Source of the DNA: Microcystis aeruginosa NIES-843
GTDB taxonomy: Bacteria; Cyanobacteriota; Cyanobacteriia; Cyanobacteriales; Microcystaceae
Assembly (NCBI RefSeq): GCF_000010625.1
Contig: NC_010296.1
Location: 1,980,001-2,012,000, forward strand
Direction of reading: 5' to 3'
DNA: 32,000 nt
Shown in pieces: positions 1 through 8,418 of this stretch. The position numbers were made by a program, and so were the translations under genes. Within the stretch, counting starts at the first letter, position 1. Each line of letters starts with the position of its first letter. The notes under the pieces are model-generated. The model was not told the DNA's origin. It searched no databases and was given only the letters and a program-made list of their open reading frames with translations.

Positions 1-77
1 TCGAGATTAGGGCAAATAGGGAGGAGTTAGAAATTAGTTACACCCTAAGTTCTAACTCCGCTAGAATGGTAAAGAAA

Positions 78-94
78 TGTAAACAGCCTGTAAA
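78..94 (+). promoter_or_regulatory. Direct repeat TGTAAA-N5-TGTAAA (HLR1-like on the opposite strand), downstream of a putative TTACAC-N18-TAGAAT promoter
   Basis: TGTAAA occurs at 78-83 and 89-94; the reverse complement is TTTACA. Candidate -35 TTACAC lies at 38-43 and -10 TAGAAT at 62-67. The repeat spacing is 11 nt, not the canonical 10, so the call is weak. Confidence 0.2.
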
Positions 95-98
95 GATT

Positions 99-269
99 AT
101 GACTGAACCACAACCGACTCAAACCCCCAAATTAGAAGATCCCAAATTTGGCTTTAATGACTATGCCGAGCGCCTCAACGGTAGGGCTGCTATGATTGGT
201 TTTGTGATCACCCTGTTGATCGAGTATCTAACTGGCCAAGGTCTGTTATCTTGGTTAGGGTTACAGTAG
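99..269 (+). CDS. High-light-inducible protein (HLIP/Scp, one-helix CAB-like)
   Basis: The translation contains [39 protein letters not shown], the chlorophyll-binding helix motif (E-x-x-N-G-R-x-A-M) of HLIPs. The ORF track starts at ATG 66. I prefer ATG 99 because a -10-like TAGAAT overlaps position 66. The start is uncertain. Confidence 0.85.
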   Translation: MTEPQPTQTPKLEDPKFGFNDYAERLNGRAAMIGFVITLLIEYLTGQGLLSWLGLQ

Positions 270-320
270 TTTTTTAAGCTTTTTTAGGCATTCTAGGGGA
301 AATACAGCCTTGAGTGTTAG

Positions 321-941
321 TTAACGCATACAAGCTTCATGATTTTCCCCGTAGAATCCTTGCAAGACCGAATCACCTCGCTGTTGCGGTGTCCCGTGGG
401 AGCGATTAGGAGCTTCAAAATCGCCCACTTCCGAAGCGGCTTCCGCTAGAAGTTTTCCCGCTATTATATAATCCTGTTTGGATAAACCTCTAGCTTCGGT
501 AAATAACCAAGAAAGGGTATCTCCCGCTAGACAATCGGCCTGTAATTCAATGCCGATGCTCATCCCACCTTCATCGATGCCACCAATACCCCGATTCCAC
601 TGAACAGCGTGAGCGGCCTCGTGAGCGACGGCATAAAGGGGAAATAAAGGATTATCGCTAATACCAGTAACTTGCTTGAGATTGACATAGACTGTATTAT
701 CTACAGTGCAGAAAGCCGCTAGGGAAATTACACCGCAGGGAGTGGTTATCGGGCCATCGCTTAACAAATACTTAAAATTGATCTGGTGTAATTGAGCCGT
801 ATATTCAATTACCGCTTCTAGGGCATCCGTAATATCGTCTGCTTGCGCTCTCTGGGCTAGAGGGGATAAAATCAAGAGGGAACTACAAGAAACGGCAGAT
901 ATCAGGGATAATAACCGTTTACGGCCAGAGTTAGGTTTCAT
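321..941 (-). CDS. Secreted protein with an HExxH zinc-metallopeptidase motif
   Basis: The 206-aa ORF has an N-terminal signal-like segment (RKRLLSLISAVSCSSLLILSPLAQRAQA) and the motif AVAHEAAHAVQW (HEAAH). It resembles putative neutral zinc metallopeptidases. Confidence 0.6.
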   Translation of the reverse strand: MKPNSGRKRLLSLISAVSCSSLLILSPLAQRAQADDITDALEAVIEYTAQLHQINFKYLLSDGPITTPCGVISLAAFCTVDNTVYVNLKQVTGISDNPLFPLYAVAHEAAHAVQWNRGIGGIDEGGMSIGIELQADCLAGDTLSWLFTEARGLSKQDYIIAGKLLAEAASEVGDFEAPNRSHGTPQQRGDSVLQGFYGENHEACMR

Positions 942-1111
942 GGTACTAACAAAGTCGGGAGTGAGGAAGAATTTTAATTGATCTGAATTAGCCTACCGCT
1001 ACGATCACAATTTTAAAAGCTATATCTAAGACTTCCAGAGAAAATACAGAATTTACGCGGCTTTTGATCGAAGTTTACAGAATTCCTCGTCAAGGTTTAG
1101 GAAATTAATTG

Positions 1112-1324
1112 GGGTTTGCTGAATAAATCTAAAAACCTTGTTGGATAAGACTTTTAGACTTGTTTTCCCTCAAAAAGTGCCAGCCATTGCGGGGATCGGG
1201 GGAAAATTCAGGTACTTTTTCCCTGAAAATTAGGTAGTTGACCACCTCAAAACTGGTAAAACCCCACACCCCACACCCCACACCCCACACCCTGCCACCA
1301 CCGAAAAGCTTTTTCAGCAAACCC
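1112..1324. mobile_element. 213-bp MITE with 12-bp TIR GGGTTTGCTGAA and 6-bp TSD TAATTG
   Basis: The left end is GGGTTTGCTGAA at 1112 and the right end is TTCAGCAAACCC, ending at 1324. TAATTG lies at 1106-1111 and again at 1325-1330. There is no credible coding capacity. It contains the CCCCACA tract. Confidence 0.75.
1262..1292 (+). repeat. Tandem heptamer (CCCCACA)x4 plus a partial unit
   Basis: Read directly: CCCCACA at 1262, 1269, 1276 and 1283, followed by CCC. It is STRR-like. Confidence 0.95.
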
Positions 1325-1395
1325 TAATTGGGCACGACCACTTATTGTGTTGAAAATATGTCCGTCAGTCAGGCAAAAAGCTCCCCACACTTGTA

Positions 1396-2184
1396 CTACA
1401 AGTCTATCCCCATTTCTCGCAAACGAGCCGCCAGCTGTTGAGAACGCTGTCTTTCCGCCTCCAGAGCTTGCTGAGTAGCATTTAATTGCTCCTGGGCCGC
1501 AGCCGCTTGCTCCTGGTCCGCTTCTTCTGGCAAGGGGATTAAATTGCCTTCCGAGTCATAAAATCTCGCCCAAATTGCCGTTTCTCGGTCAATAGTCCCC
1601 TCCCAAGTTCCCAACCAATAGCCTAAGGTTTCGCACCATAACCAGCCGCGCTCGTTTCGTTCTAAAGAATGGTAGCGTTGGTCTGCTCCTAAATGCCATC
1701 CTTGTAAAGAATTGGCATCAAAAGGATCGTAGATGAAATAATCTGGCGTGCGGAAGGTTCGCTCATAAATGGCTTTTTTTCGCACTTTATCGGTTCTCGC
1801 GGTACTAGGAGAGGTTAATTCCACGATAACGTCAGGATAACGTCCCTCTTCTTCCCAAATTACCCAACCCTGTCGCTCTCTGCTGCCATCGACATTGAGG
1901 ACAGCGAAGAAATCAGGCCCGCGAAAATCGCGATTTTTCGCCTGTTCGCGGCTGAAATAAATAAACATATTGCCACCCGTGTAGAAGTCGTCTCGCTCAC
2001 CGTAACCTTCCTGTAGGGAGCGAATCAGCACATTCATGGCAATGCGGTGTCGGTTGCTTTCCAAGGGTTCACCATCATCAAAAATTAAGTCTGTGGGGGG
2101 TGGGGGGGGTTCCCAGAAGTCCTCGAAATCTTCTTCTATCAGTGCCGGAGAGGTGGCAGTTTCGTCGCTTTTGGCAATCGTCAT
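1396..2184 (-). CDS. Uma2-family (DUF820) restriction-endonuclease-like protein with a C-terminal coiled-coil tail
   Basis: The 262-aa ORF has the core PDVIVELTSPSTARTDKVRKKAIYERTFRTPDYFIYDP, typical of Uma2 (E..S.S....D...K..Y). It has a Q/A/E-rich tail ending LAARLREMGIDL. Confidence 0.8.
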   Translation of the reverse strand: MTIAKSDETATSPALIEEDFEDFWEPPPPPTDLIFDDGEPLESNRHRIAMNVLIRSLQEGYGERDDFYTGGNMFIYFSREQAKNRDFRGPDFFAVLNVDGSRERQGWVIWEEEGRYPDVIVELTSPSTARTDKVRKKAIYERTFRTPDYFIYDPFDANSLQGWHLGADQRYHSLERNERGWLWCETLGYWLGTWEGTIDRETAIWARFYDSEGNLIPLPEEADQEQAAAAQEQLNATQQALEAERQRSQQLAARLREMGIDL

Positions 2185-2309
2185 TTTTTTGGCCTCTCTA
2201 GGTGGGAGTATCCATGTTTTTGCTGATTATTGATCCTATGTTACATCAGAATTTAGGAGTCAGTCCCGATGAAAAATTTTTCACCCCCACAGATGAAAGA
2301 GGTTTCCTT

Positions 2310-2333
2310 CCCTACACCCCACACCCCACACCC
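2310..2333 (+). repeat. Second heptamer tract CCCTACA-CCCCACA-CCCCACA-CCC
   Basis: Read directly. It has the same unit and the same strand as the tract at 1262-1292, on the other side of the Uma2 gene. Confidence 0.9.
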
Positions 2334-2449
2334 TCTTTCAAGTCAGGAGATAGATAGGAGTTGAGAAAATTATCTTCGCTTAACAATGATCAAAACTTTT
2401 CTTCTGGGTGCGTTACATTGGGCTAACACACCCGAATAATATTCTTAAG

Positions 2450-3358
2450 CTAACCAAAAAACTTGGCTTTATCTTTAACTAATTTTGTCCCGATTCCGGC
2501 GGCAATGACCTCAGAGAGAATGCTAATTAAACGATAGATAGCAACGGTGATAAGTACGTTAGCGGCGGGAAAGTTTTCTGTGTCTAAAAGTGCGATCACT
2601 GTAGCTTCAAAAACTCCTAATCCTCCCGGCGCTCCGGGGACAACTAAACCCAATAACCAAGCAAAACTAAAGGTTCCTAAGAGTGGTAAAATCTGAGCGG
2701 GGGTAATCATTTTTAACACCATCCAAGCTAAAATAAAACCCGCACCGCGCCACAATAAAAATCCAGTTTCACCCAAGAGAGGGACGAGAGGATATTTAGT
2801 TAGATAAACAGGTTCTTGAGCAATCTTTTTCTTTTGGCTAAGGATTTTCAGAGGATAATTTAAAAATTTGGGATGAATGCTGATTAAAATTAATCCTAAA
2901 ACTAATATCTGTATCCCTAGACTTGAGCTAGATTTCATCCAACCTAAACCACTACCAATAACTGCTATGGCTAAGGCTGCACACACCAGCAATAAAAGTT
3001 CTAATAAAACGCTTAAACTAGCGGTTCCCCAATCACTTCCTGCTTTATTAATTGCCACAATGCGAGCATAAAAGTGGCCGATATTACCGGGTAGATATTT
3101 TCCTAAATTGGTAATCATATAGATGCCAATTCCTGTGGAGGTTTTAATCGGTTGTTGATAGCTTTTGAGTATCCATGTCCACACCCATCCTGCCCAAATT
3201 TGAGCGATAACGGTGGTTACAAGTGCCAAGAAAAGAAATAACCAACCATGATTTTCAATTCTAACTGAGGTGACGTTATCCCAGTTATTTTTAAGGTTAC
3301 TGAGAACAAAAAATAAGGTTCCCCCAATAATCAGCCAACGTAGAAACTTTTTCAGCAT
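2450..3358 (-). CDS. Polytopic membrane protein, UPF0104 / LPG-synthase-TM (flippase-like) family
   Basis: The protein is hydrophobic throughout, with the motif GKYLPGNIGHF and a C-terminal PGAPGGLGVFE. The ORF extends to 3406. I prefer ATG 3356-3358 (MLKKFLRW), which follows an AAGGA. ATG 3379 is also possible. Confidence 0.7.
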   Translation of the reverse strand: MLKKFLRWLIIGGTLFFVLSNLKNNWDNVTSVRIENHGWLFLFLALVTTVIAQIWAGWVWTWILKSYQQPIKTSTGIGIYMITNLGKYLPGNIGHFYARIVAINKAGSDWGTASLSVLLELLLLVCAALAIAVIGSGLGWMKSSSSLGIQILVLGLILISIHPKFLNYPLKILSQKKKIAQEPVYLTKYPLVPLLGETGFLLWRGAGFILAWMVLKMITPAQILPLLGTFSFAWLLGLVVPGAPGGLGVFEATVIALLDTENFPAANVLITVAIYRLISILSEVIAAGIGTKLVKDKAKFFG

Positions 3359-3371
3359 TTCATTTTTTCCT

Positions 3372-3830
3372 TTATTCATTTTCTGGGGGGAACCAATCGA
3401 GATCAAGAAGATTTTCTAAACTGTAGGGACATTCCCCAGGAAAACTAACTTGATTATCGGTTTTTTCTCTAACATAATTTAAAGCTTTCTGGTAAATACG
3501 AGGTAATTCTTGAGTGAGATAATTGCGGAGATTAGTAGTTAAATAAGTGTCGATCTGGTTTTTGAAATTGACGATTTCTGAACGCCAATGACTACGATTA
3601 TATTCTCTTTCACTTGTCCAAAATTGTAATAATAAACAATCTCTAATAATTTGCTCTAATAAACTGGCAACACGAAACTTTTTTTCGTTTCCCAAGTCTT
3701 CTAATTCCTCGATTAAGTTTTCTAAGTCTAAAGCGTCAAATCTCTTCGCTTTTAAGAGTTCGATAGTTTCTTCCAACCAGAGGGAATCATCAATCTCGTA
3801 GAGAGTTTTTAAGTCGGGAATAACAGTCAT
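3372..3830 (-). CDS. DUF29 family protein, array copy 1 (promoter-distal)
   Basis: 152 aa, with N-terminus MTVIPDLKTLYEIDDSLWLEETIELLKAKRFDALDLENLIEELEDLGNEKKF. The C-terminus (CPYSLENLLDLDWFPPENE) is the most divergent of the five. Confidence 0.9.
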   Translation of the reverse strand: MTVIPDLKTLYEIDDSLWLEETIELLKAKRFDALDLENLIEELEDLGNEKKFRVASLLEQIIRDCLLLQFWTSEREYNRSHWRSEIVNFKNQIDTYLTTNLRNYLTQELPRIYQKALNYVREKTDNQVSFPGECPYSLENLLDLDWFPPENE

Positions 3831-3842
3831 TTTTTATCTCCT

Positions 3843-4298
3843 TTATTCGTATGGTGGTAGCCAATTGGGATCGAGAAGTTCTTCTAAACTGTAGGGACAA
3901 GTATTAGGGAAAGTAACTTGATTTTTTGTCTTTTTTCTCACATAACGGATTGCCTTCTGATAAATATTATCAAATTCTTGTTCTAAATATTTCCGTAAAC
4001 TTGCCGTTAGGTAGGTATTTAATTGATCTTGAAAATTTACCAGTTCTGATTCCCAATGACTTTGATTATATTCTCTTTCCCTTGTCCAAAATTGCAGTAA
4101 CAAAGCATGACGAATAATTTGCTGTAAAAAACTAGCAACACGAAACTTTTTTTCGTTACCCAAGTCTTCTAATTCCTCGATTAAATTATCTAAATCTAAA
4201 GCGTCAAATCTTTTCGCTTTTAAGAGTTCGATAGTTTCTTCCAACCAGAGGGAATCATCAATCTCGTAGAGAGTTTTTAAGTCGGGAATAACAGTCAT
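3843..4298 (-). CDS. DUF29 family protein, array copy 2
   Basis: 151 aa, preceded by AAGGAG-N7-ATG. The tail is KNQVTFPNTCPYSLEELLDPNWLPPYE. Confidence 0.9.
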   Translation of the reverse strand: MTVIPDLKTLYEIDDSLWLEETIELLKAKRFDALDLDNLIEELEDLGNEKKFRVASFLQQIIRHALLLQFWTREREYNQSHWESELVNFQDQLNTYLTASLRKYLEQEFDNIYQKAIRYVRKKTKNQVTFPNTCPYSLEELLDPNWLPPYE

Positions 4299-4310
4299 TT
4301 TTTATCTCCT

Positions 4311-4766
4311 TTATTCGTATGGTGGTAGCCAATTGGGATCGAGAAGTTCTTCTAAACTGTAGGGACAAGTATTAGGGAAAGTCACTTTATTTTTTGTCTT
4401 TTTCCGCACCAAGAAAACTGCATCTTCATAAATGTTAGTTAATTCATTTTGTAAATAATTACGGAGATTGGTGGTTAAGCGTCTTTTTAGCTGAATTTGA
4501 AAGTTGACTATTTCTAACTCCCAGTGATCCTGATTATATGCTCTTGCCTCTGTCCAAAACTGTAGGAGTAAAAAATGTCTAATAATTTGCTCTAATAAAC
4601 TGGCAACACGAAACTTTTTTTCGTTTCCCAAATCTTCTAACTCCTCGATTAAATTATCTAAATCTAAAGCGTCAAATCTTTTCGCTTTTAAGAGTTCGAT
4701 AGTTTCTTCCAACCAGAGGGAATCATCAATCTCGTAGAGAGTTTTTAAGTCGGGAATAACAGTCAT
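4311..4766 (-). CDS. DUF29 family protein, array copy 3
   Basis: The ORF track begins at 4799. The paralogue-consistent start is ATG 4764-4766 (MTVIPDL), which gives 151 aa. Confidence 0.88.
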   Translation of the reverse strand: MTVIPDLKTLYEIDDSLWLEETIELLKAKRFDALDLDNLIEELEDLGNEKKFRVASLLEQIIRHFLLLQFWTEARAYNQDHWELEIVNFQIQLKRRLTTNLRNYLQNELTNIYEDAVFLVRKKTKNKVTFPNTCPYSLEELLDPNWLPPYE

Positions 4767-4777
4767 TATCATTTCCT

Positions 4778-5233
4778 TTATTCGTAAGGTGGTAGCCAAT
4801 TAGGATCGAGAAGTTCTTCTAAACTGTAGGGACAAATATCAGGAAAGTTGACTTTATTATCAGTTTTTTGACGAACATATCGCACGGACTCAAAGTAAAT
4901 TTGCTCAAATTCCTGTTCTAGATATTTACGAAGATTTGTAGTTAAATAGCGCTTTAACTGATATTGAAAACTGACTATCTCTGCTTGCCAATGAGCTTGA
5001 TTATATTTTCTTTCACTTGTCCAAAATTGTAATAATAAACAATGTCTAATAATTTGCTGTAAAAAACTAGCAACACGAAACTTTTTCTCGTTTCCCAAGT
5101 CTTCTAACTCCTCGATCAAGTTTTCTAAATCTAAAGCGTCAAATTTTTTCGCCTTGAGCAGTTCAATGGTTTCTTCTAACCAGAGAGAATCATCAATTTC
5201 GTAGAGAGTTTTTAAGTCGGGAATAACAGTCAT
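4778..5233 (-). CDS. DUF29 family protein, array copy 4
   Basis: 151 aa with the same N-terminal block. The tail is DNKVNFPDICPYSLEELLDPNWLPPYE. Confidence 0.9.
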   Translation of the reverse strand: MTVIPDLKTLYEIDDSLWLEETIELLKAKKFDALDLENLIEELEDLGNEKKFRVASFLQQIIRHCLLLQFWTSERKYNQAHWQAEIVSFQYQLKRYLTTNLRKYLEQEFEQIYFESVRYVRQKTDNKVNFPDICPYSLEELLDPNWLPPYE

Positions 5234-5245
5234 TTTTTATCTCCT

Positions 5246-5701
5246 TTATTTGTAAGGTGGTAGCCAATTAGGAGCGAGCAGTTCTTCTAAACTGTAGGGA
5301 CAAGTATCAGGAAAGTTGACTTTATTATCGGTTTTTTGACGAAGATAGCGAAGGGCTTTTTCATAAATAGTTGCCAAATTATGTTCTAGATAATTTCTTA
5401 AATTAGTCGTCAAATAAGTATTAAGTTCATCTTTAAAATTGATAATTTCTGAACGCCAATGAGCCTGATTATATTCTCTTTCACTTGTCCAAAATTGTAA
5501 TAATAAACAATGTCTAATAATTTGCTGTAAAAAACCAGCAACACGAAACTTCTTCTCGTTTCCCAAATCTTCTAACTCCTCGATCAAGTTTTCTAAGTCT
5601 AGCGCTTCAAAATTTTTCGCCTTGAGCAGTTCGATAGTTTCTTCTAACCAGAGAGAATCATCAATTTCGTAGAGAGTTTTTAAGTCTAGAATAACAGTCA
5701 T
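5246..5701 (-). CDS. DUF29 family protein, array copy 5 (promoter-proximal)
   Basis: 151 aa with the same architecture. Confidence 0.9.
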   Translation of the reverse strand: MTVILDLKTLYEIDDSLWLEETIELLKAKNFEALDLENLIEELEDLGNEKKFRVAGFLQQIIRHCLLLQFWTSEREYNQAHWRSEIINFKDELNTYLTTNLRNYLEHNLATIYEKALRYLRQKTDNKVNFPDTCPYSLEELLAPNWLPPYK

Positions 5702-5773
5702 TTTTTATCTCCCCTAGAATTGGCAATAGTGACCAGTTAAACCGATCACTAAAGCTTTTTTACTGTTTATATA

Positions 5774-5875
5774 CTAGATAATTTTAGCGGAGCGCAGACC
5801 GAAAAAGAGACCGAGGGCAATTCCGGTAAAAACGATCAGATAACCCGCCAAAGCAGCAACAGCTAACACAGACAT
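5774..5875 (-). CDS. petL: 33-aa single-helix membrane peptide, probably cytochrome b6f subunit PetL
   Basis: This ORF is not in the ORF track because it is too short. I translated it as MSVLAVAALAGYLIVFTGIALGLFFGLRSAKII. Its size, single TM helix and K-I/L-I C-terminus resemble cyanobacterial PetL. GGGAG lies upstream of the ATG. Confidence 0.55.
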   Translation of the reverse strand: MSVLAVAALAGYLIVFTGIALGLFFGLRSAKII

Positions 5876-5920
5876 GGTGAAAATCTCCCAAGTAATTTAA
5901 TCTTTTTTAGCATTGTACCG

Positions 5921-7447
5921 TTATTCTTGCCCTTCCCCTTCCTCGTCTTCTATATCTTCCCCAAAGCGCTGCTGGGGGGGGATTGCGGCGACAATTGCCT
6001 CGATTACCTTGCCGACTGGAACAATTTCTAAGCCCACATCTTCGGGATAAACTTGACCTCTAGGGACAATCGCCCGTTTAAAGCCCAATTTAGCCGCTTC
6101 TTTTAATCTTAGTTCCATTTGCGACACTAGGCGCACTTGTCCGCCTAATCCCACTTCCCCGATTAAGACTGTGCGCGGATCCACGACTCGATCGCGAAAA
6201 CTGGCGACAACAGCGATCGCAACTCCCAGATCCGCCGCCGGTTCTTCCACTCCCAACCCTCCTGCGGAGGCAACATAGGCATCTAATTTCGATAAAGGAA
6301 TGCCGACGCGCTTTTCTAAAACGGCGAGAATTTGCTGTAATCGGTTGTATTCTATGCCCGTGGTCGATCTTCGCGGGGAAGCGTAGCTGGTGGGGCTAAC
6401 TAATGCCTGTAACTCCACCACAATCGGGCGTGTACCTTCACAGGCTACCACCGTCGCCGTACCAGGGGAAAATTCGTCGCGATTGCCTAAAAACAATTCT
6501 GAGGGGTTTTCCACTTCCACCAAACCGTGATCCACCATCTCGAAAATACCGATCTCATGGGTTGCCCCAAAACGGTTTTTCACGGATCTTAAGAGACGAT
6601 GGGAGGCATAGCGATCGCCTTCAAAATATAACACCGTATCGACCAAATGTTCCAAAACTCGCGGACCGGCGATCGCCCCTTCTTTAGTAACATGACCGAC
6701 AATCAATAAAGTAATATTCTCCCGTTTTGCCACCTGCATCAAGGCGGAGGTACATTCGCGAACTTGGGCGACAGATCCCGGTGCGGAAGTTAACGCCCCA
6801 AAATAAAGAGTTTGAATACTGTCAATTACCGCCACCTGTGGGCGTAGAGATTCTAATTCTCGCAAAATTTCCTCTAAATCTGTTTCTGGCAGAACGTAGA
6901 GATGATTATCGAGTTCTGCGGTTGATTCAGAGGCTTTTTTCTCCTTGCCATTGCCGTTATTTTCCGACTCCACGGCAACCACTCCCACCCCCAAACGGGC
7001 AGCCCGCAGTTTAATCTGTTGTCCCGATTCTTCGGCGGAAACGTAGAGGATGCGCGGTAATCTTTGGGCGAGTTGGTTGGTGACTTGCAGTAAAAGCGTC
7101 GATTTGCCGATGCCCGGATCGCCGCCGATTAGTACAAGAGAACCGGGGACGATGCCACCACCGAGAACGCGATCAAATTCCCCGTAACCGGAGGGAAAAC
7201 GTTCCTGTTCATACTGGGTAATTTCCGAGAAGCGAACCGAGATGCGCGGCTGGGGGTTGCGTTGCCCTTTGCCGTTATTTGGGCGACTATTTTGCCATCC
7301 TGGGCGATTTACCGCCGGATTATTGCCACCAGCTACCACTTGTTCTTCTAGCGTCCCGTAGGTGTCACAACTGGGGCATTTTCCCAACCATTGGGGAGAT
7401 TCCGCCCCACAAGCACTACAGATATATATTGTTCGCGATTTCGCCAT
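5921..7447 (-). CDS. radA: DNA repair protein RadA/Sms
   Basis: It has an N-terminal zinc ribbon (CSACGAESPQWLGKCPSC), a Walker A motif (GGDPGIGKST), the KNRFG motif and a Lon-like C-terminal domain. Confidence 0.95.
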   Translation of the reverse strand: MAKSRTIYICSACGAESPQWLGKCPSCDTYGTLEEQVVAGGNNPAVNRPGWQNSRPNNGKGQRNPQPRISVRFSEITQYEQERFPSGYGEFDRVLGGGIVPGSLVLIGGDPGIGKSTLLLQVTNQLAQRLPRILYVSAEESGQQIKLRAARLGVGVVAVESENNGNGKEKKASESTAELDNHLYVLPETDLEEILRELESLRPQVAVIDSIQTLYFGALTSAPGSVAQVRECTSALMQVAKRENITLLIVGHVTKEGAIAGPRVLEHLVDTVLYFEGDRYASHRLLRSVKNRFGATHEIGIFEMVDHGLVEVENPSELFLGNRDEFSPGTATVVACEGTRPIVVELQALVSPTSYASPRRSTTGIEYNRLQQILAVLEKRVGIPLSKLDAYVASAGGLGVEEPAADLGVAIAVVASFRDRVVDPRTVLIGEVGLGGQVRLVSQMELRLKEAAKLGFKRAIVPRGQVYPEDVGLEIVPVGKVIEAIVAAIPPQQRFGEDIEDEEGEGQE

Positions 7448-7680
7448 GTTTTTTAAGAAAAGTTGAAGAAAAGCGGTTTGAGGATCAATTCTCTTGTCAA
7501 ATTTAATTAAGTATGATATAGGGGAAGCAAGACCCTAAAGTTATTGATAATTGCCATAAAAGAAATAAAATAGGAAATTTAGGCTTAATGATAACGGCAA
7601 AAGGATATTCTATAAACAGGAACGCTCGTTATTTAACTTTAAAATTCATCACACTATTTAACTAAGGAGTGTTAATTCAG

Positions 7681-8409
7681 TTGGAGAACCAGAAGGAAAA
7701 AATTCTCGTTGTTGATGATGAAGCCAGCATCCGTCGTATCTTAGAGACTCGTTTGTCGATGATTGGTTATGAAGTCGTCACCGCCGCCGACGGCGAGGAA
7801 GCTTTAGAAACCTTCCGCACCGCCGAACCCGATTTAGTGGTTTTGGATGTGATGATGCCGAAATTAGACGGTTACGGTGTCTGTCAGGAACTCCGCAAAG
7901 AATCGGATATTCCTATCATTATGTTAACGGCTTTGGGGGATGTGGCCGATCGAATTACCGGGCTAGAATTGGGTGCCGATGACTATGTAGTTAAACCTTT
8001 TTCTCCCAAAGAACTCGAAGCGCGGATTCGTTCGGTGTTGCGTCGGGTAGAGAAAAATGGCGTCCCGGGGATTCCCAGTTCTGGTGTGATTCATATCGGT
8101 TCAATTAAAATCGATACCAATAAACGCCAAGTTTATAAGGGGGATGAACGCATCCGTCTGACCGGTATGGAATTTAGTTTACTAGAATTATTGGTCAGTC
8201 GATCGGGAGAAGCTTTTTCGCGCTCGGAAATCCTTCAGGAAGTTTGGGGTTATACCCCCGAACGTCATGTGGATACGCGGGTGGTAGATGTGCATATTTC
8301 CCGTTTACGAGCCAAATTAGAGGATGATCCCAGCAATCCTGAGTTAATTCTCACCGCTAGAGGTACAGGCTATCTTTTTCAACGTATTCTAGAACCAGAC
8401 GAGGAATAG
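7681..8409 (+). CDS. rpaB: OmpR-family response regulator RpaB (Ycf27)
   Basis: The receiver domain reads KILVVDDEASIRRILETRLSMIGYEVVTAADGEEALE...DVMMPKLDGYGVCQELRKESDIPIIMLTALGDVADRITGLELGADDYVVKPFSPKELEARIRSVLRR, followed by a winged-helix C-terminus. The ORF track start is GTG 7669, which overlaps AGGAG. TTG 7681 (MENQKEKILVV) fits the RBS spacing better. Confidence 0.9.
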   Translation: MENQKEKILVVDDEASIRRILETRLSMIGYEVVTAADGEEALETFRTAEPDLVVLDVMMPKLDGYGVCQELRKESDIPIIMLTALGDVADRITGLELGADDYVVKPFSPKELEARIRSVLRRVEKNGVPGIPSSGVIHIGSIKIDTNKRQVYKGDERIRLTGMEFSLLELLVSRSGEAFSRSEILQEVWGYTPERHVDTRVVDVHISRLRAKLEDDPSNPELILTARGTGYLFQRILEPDEE

Positions 8410-8418
8410 TTCTCAGCT

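Noticed and set aside
22-58. Inverted repeat GGAGTTAGAA-N17-TTCTAACTCC as a rho-independent terminator
   Set aside because: The loop is 17 nt and there is no U-tract on either side. It is kept only as part of the candidate hli regulatory region.
1129-1320. 63-aa ORF on the minus strand
   Set aside because: It lies entirely inside the 213-bp MITE. Its GVGCGVWG stretch is just the translation of the CCCCACA heptamer tract. It has no RBS and no coding signature.
2036-2233. 65-aa plus-strand ORF overlapping the Uma2 gene
   Set aside because: It is antisense to a well-supported CDS and has low-complexity content (GGGGGS, SSKSSS). ORFs 2877-3071, 3926-4117, 6403-6687, 6727-7014 and 7279-7506 are rejected on the same grounds: each overlaps the opposite strand of a well-supported CDS (7279-7506 only in part, running on into the radA-rpaB intergenic region).
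3372-5701. A ~468-bp periodic repeat that might suggest a CRISPR array or a diversity-generating retroelement
   Set aside because: The repeat units are complete protein-coding genes, each with its own RBS. There are no short direct repeats with spacers, no reverse transcriptase, and no template/variable repeat pair with adenine-specific changes.
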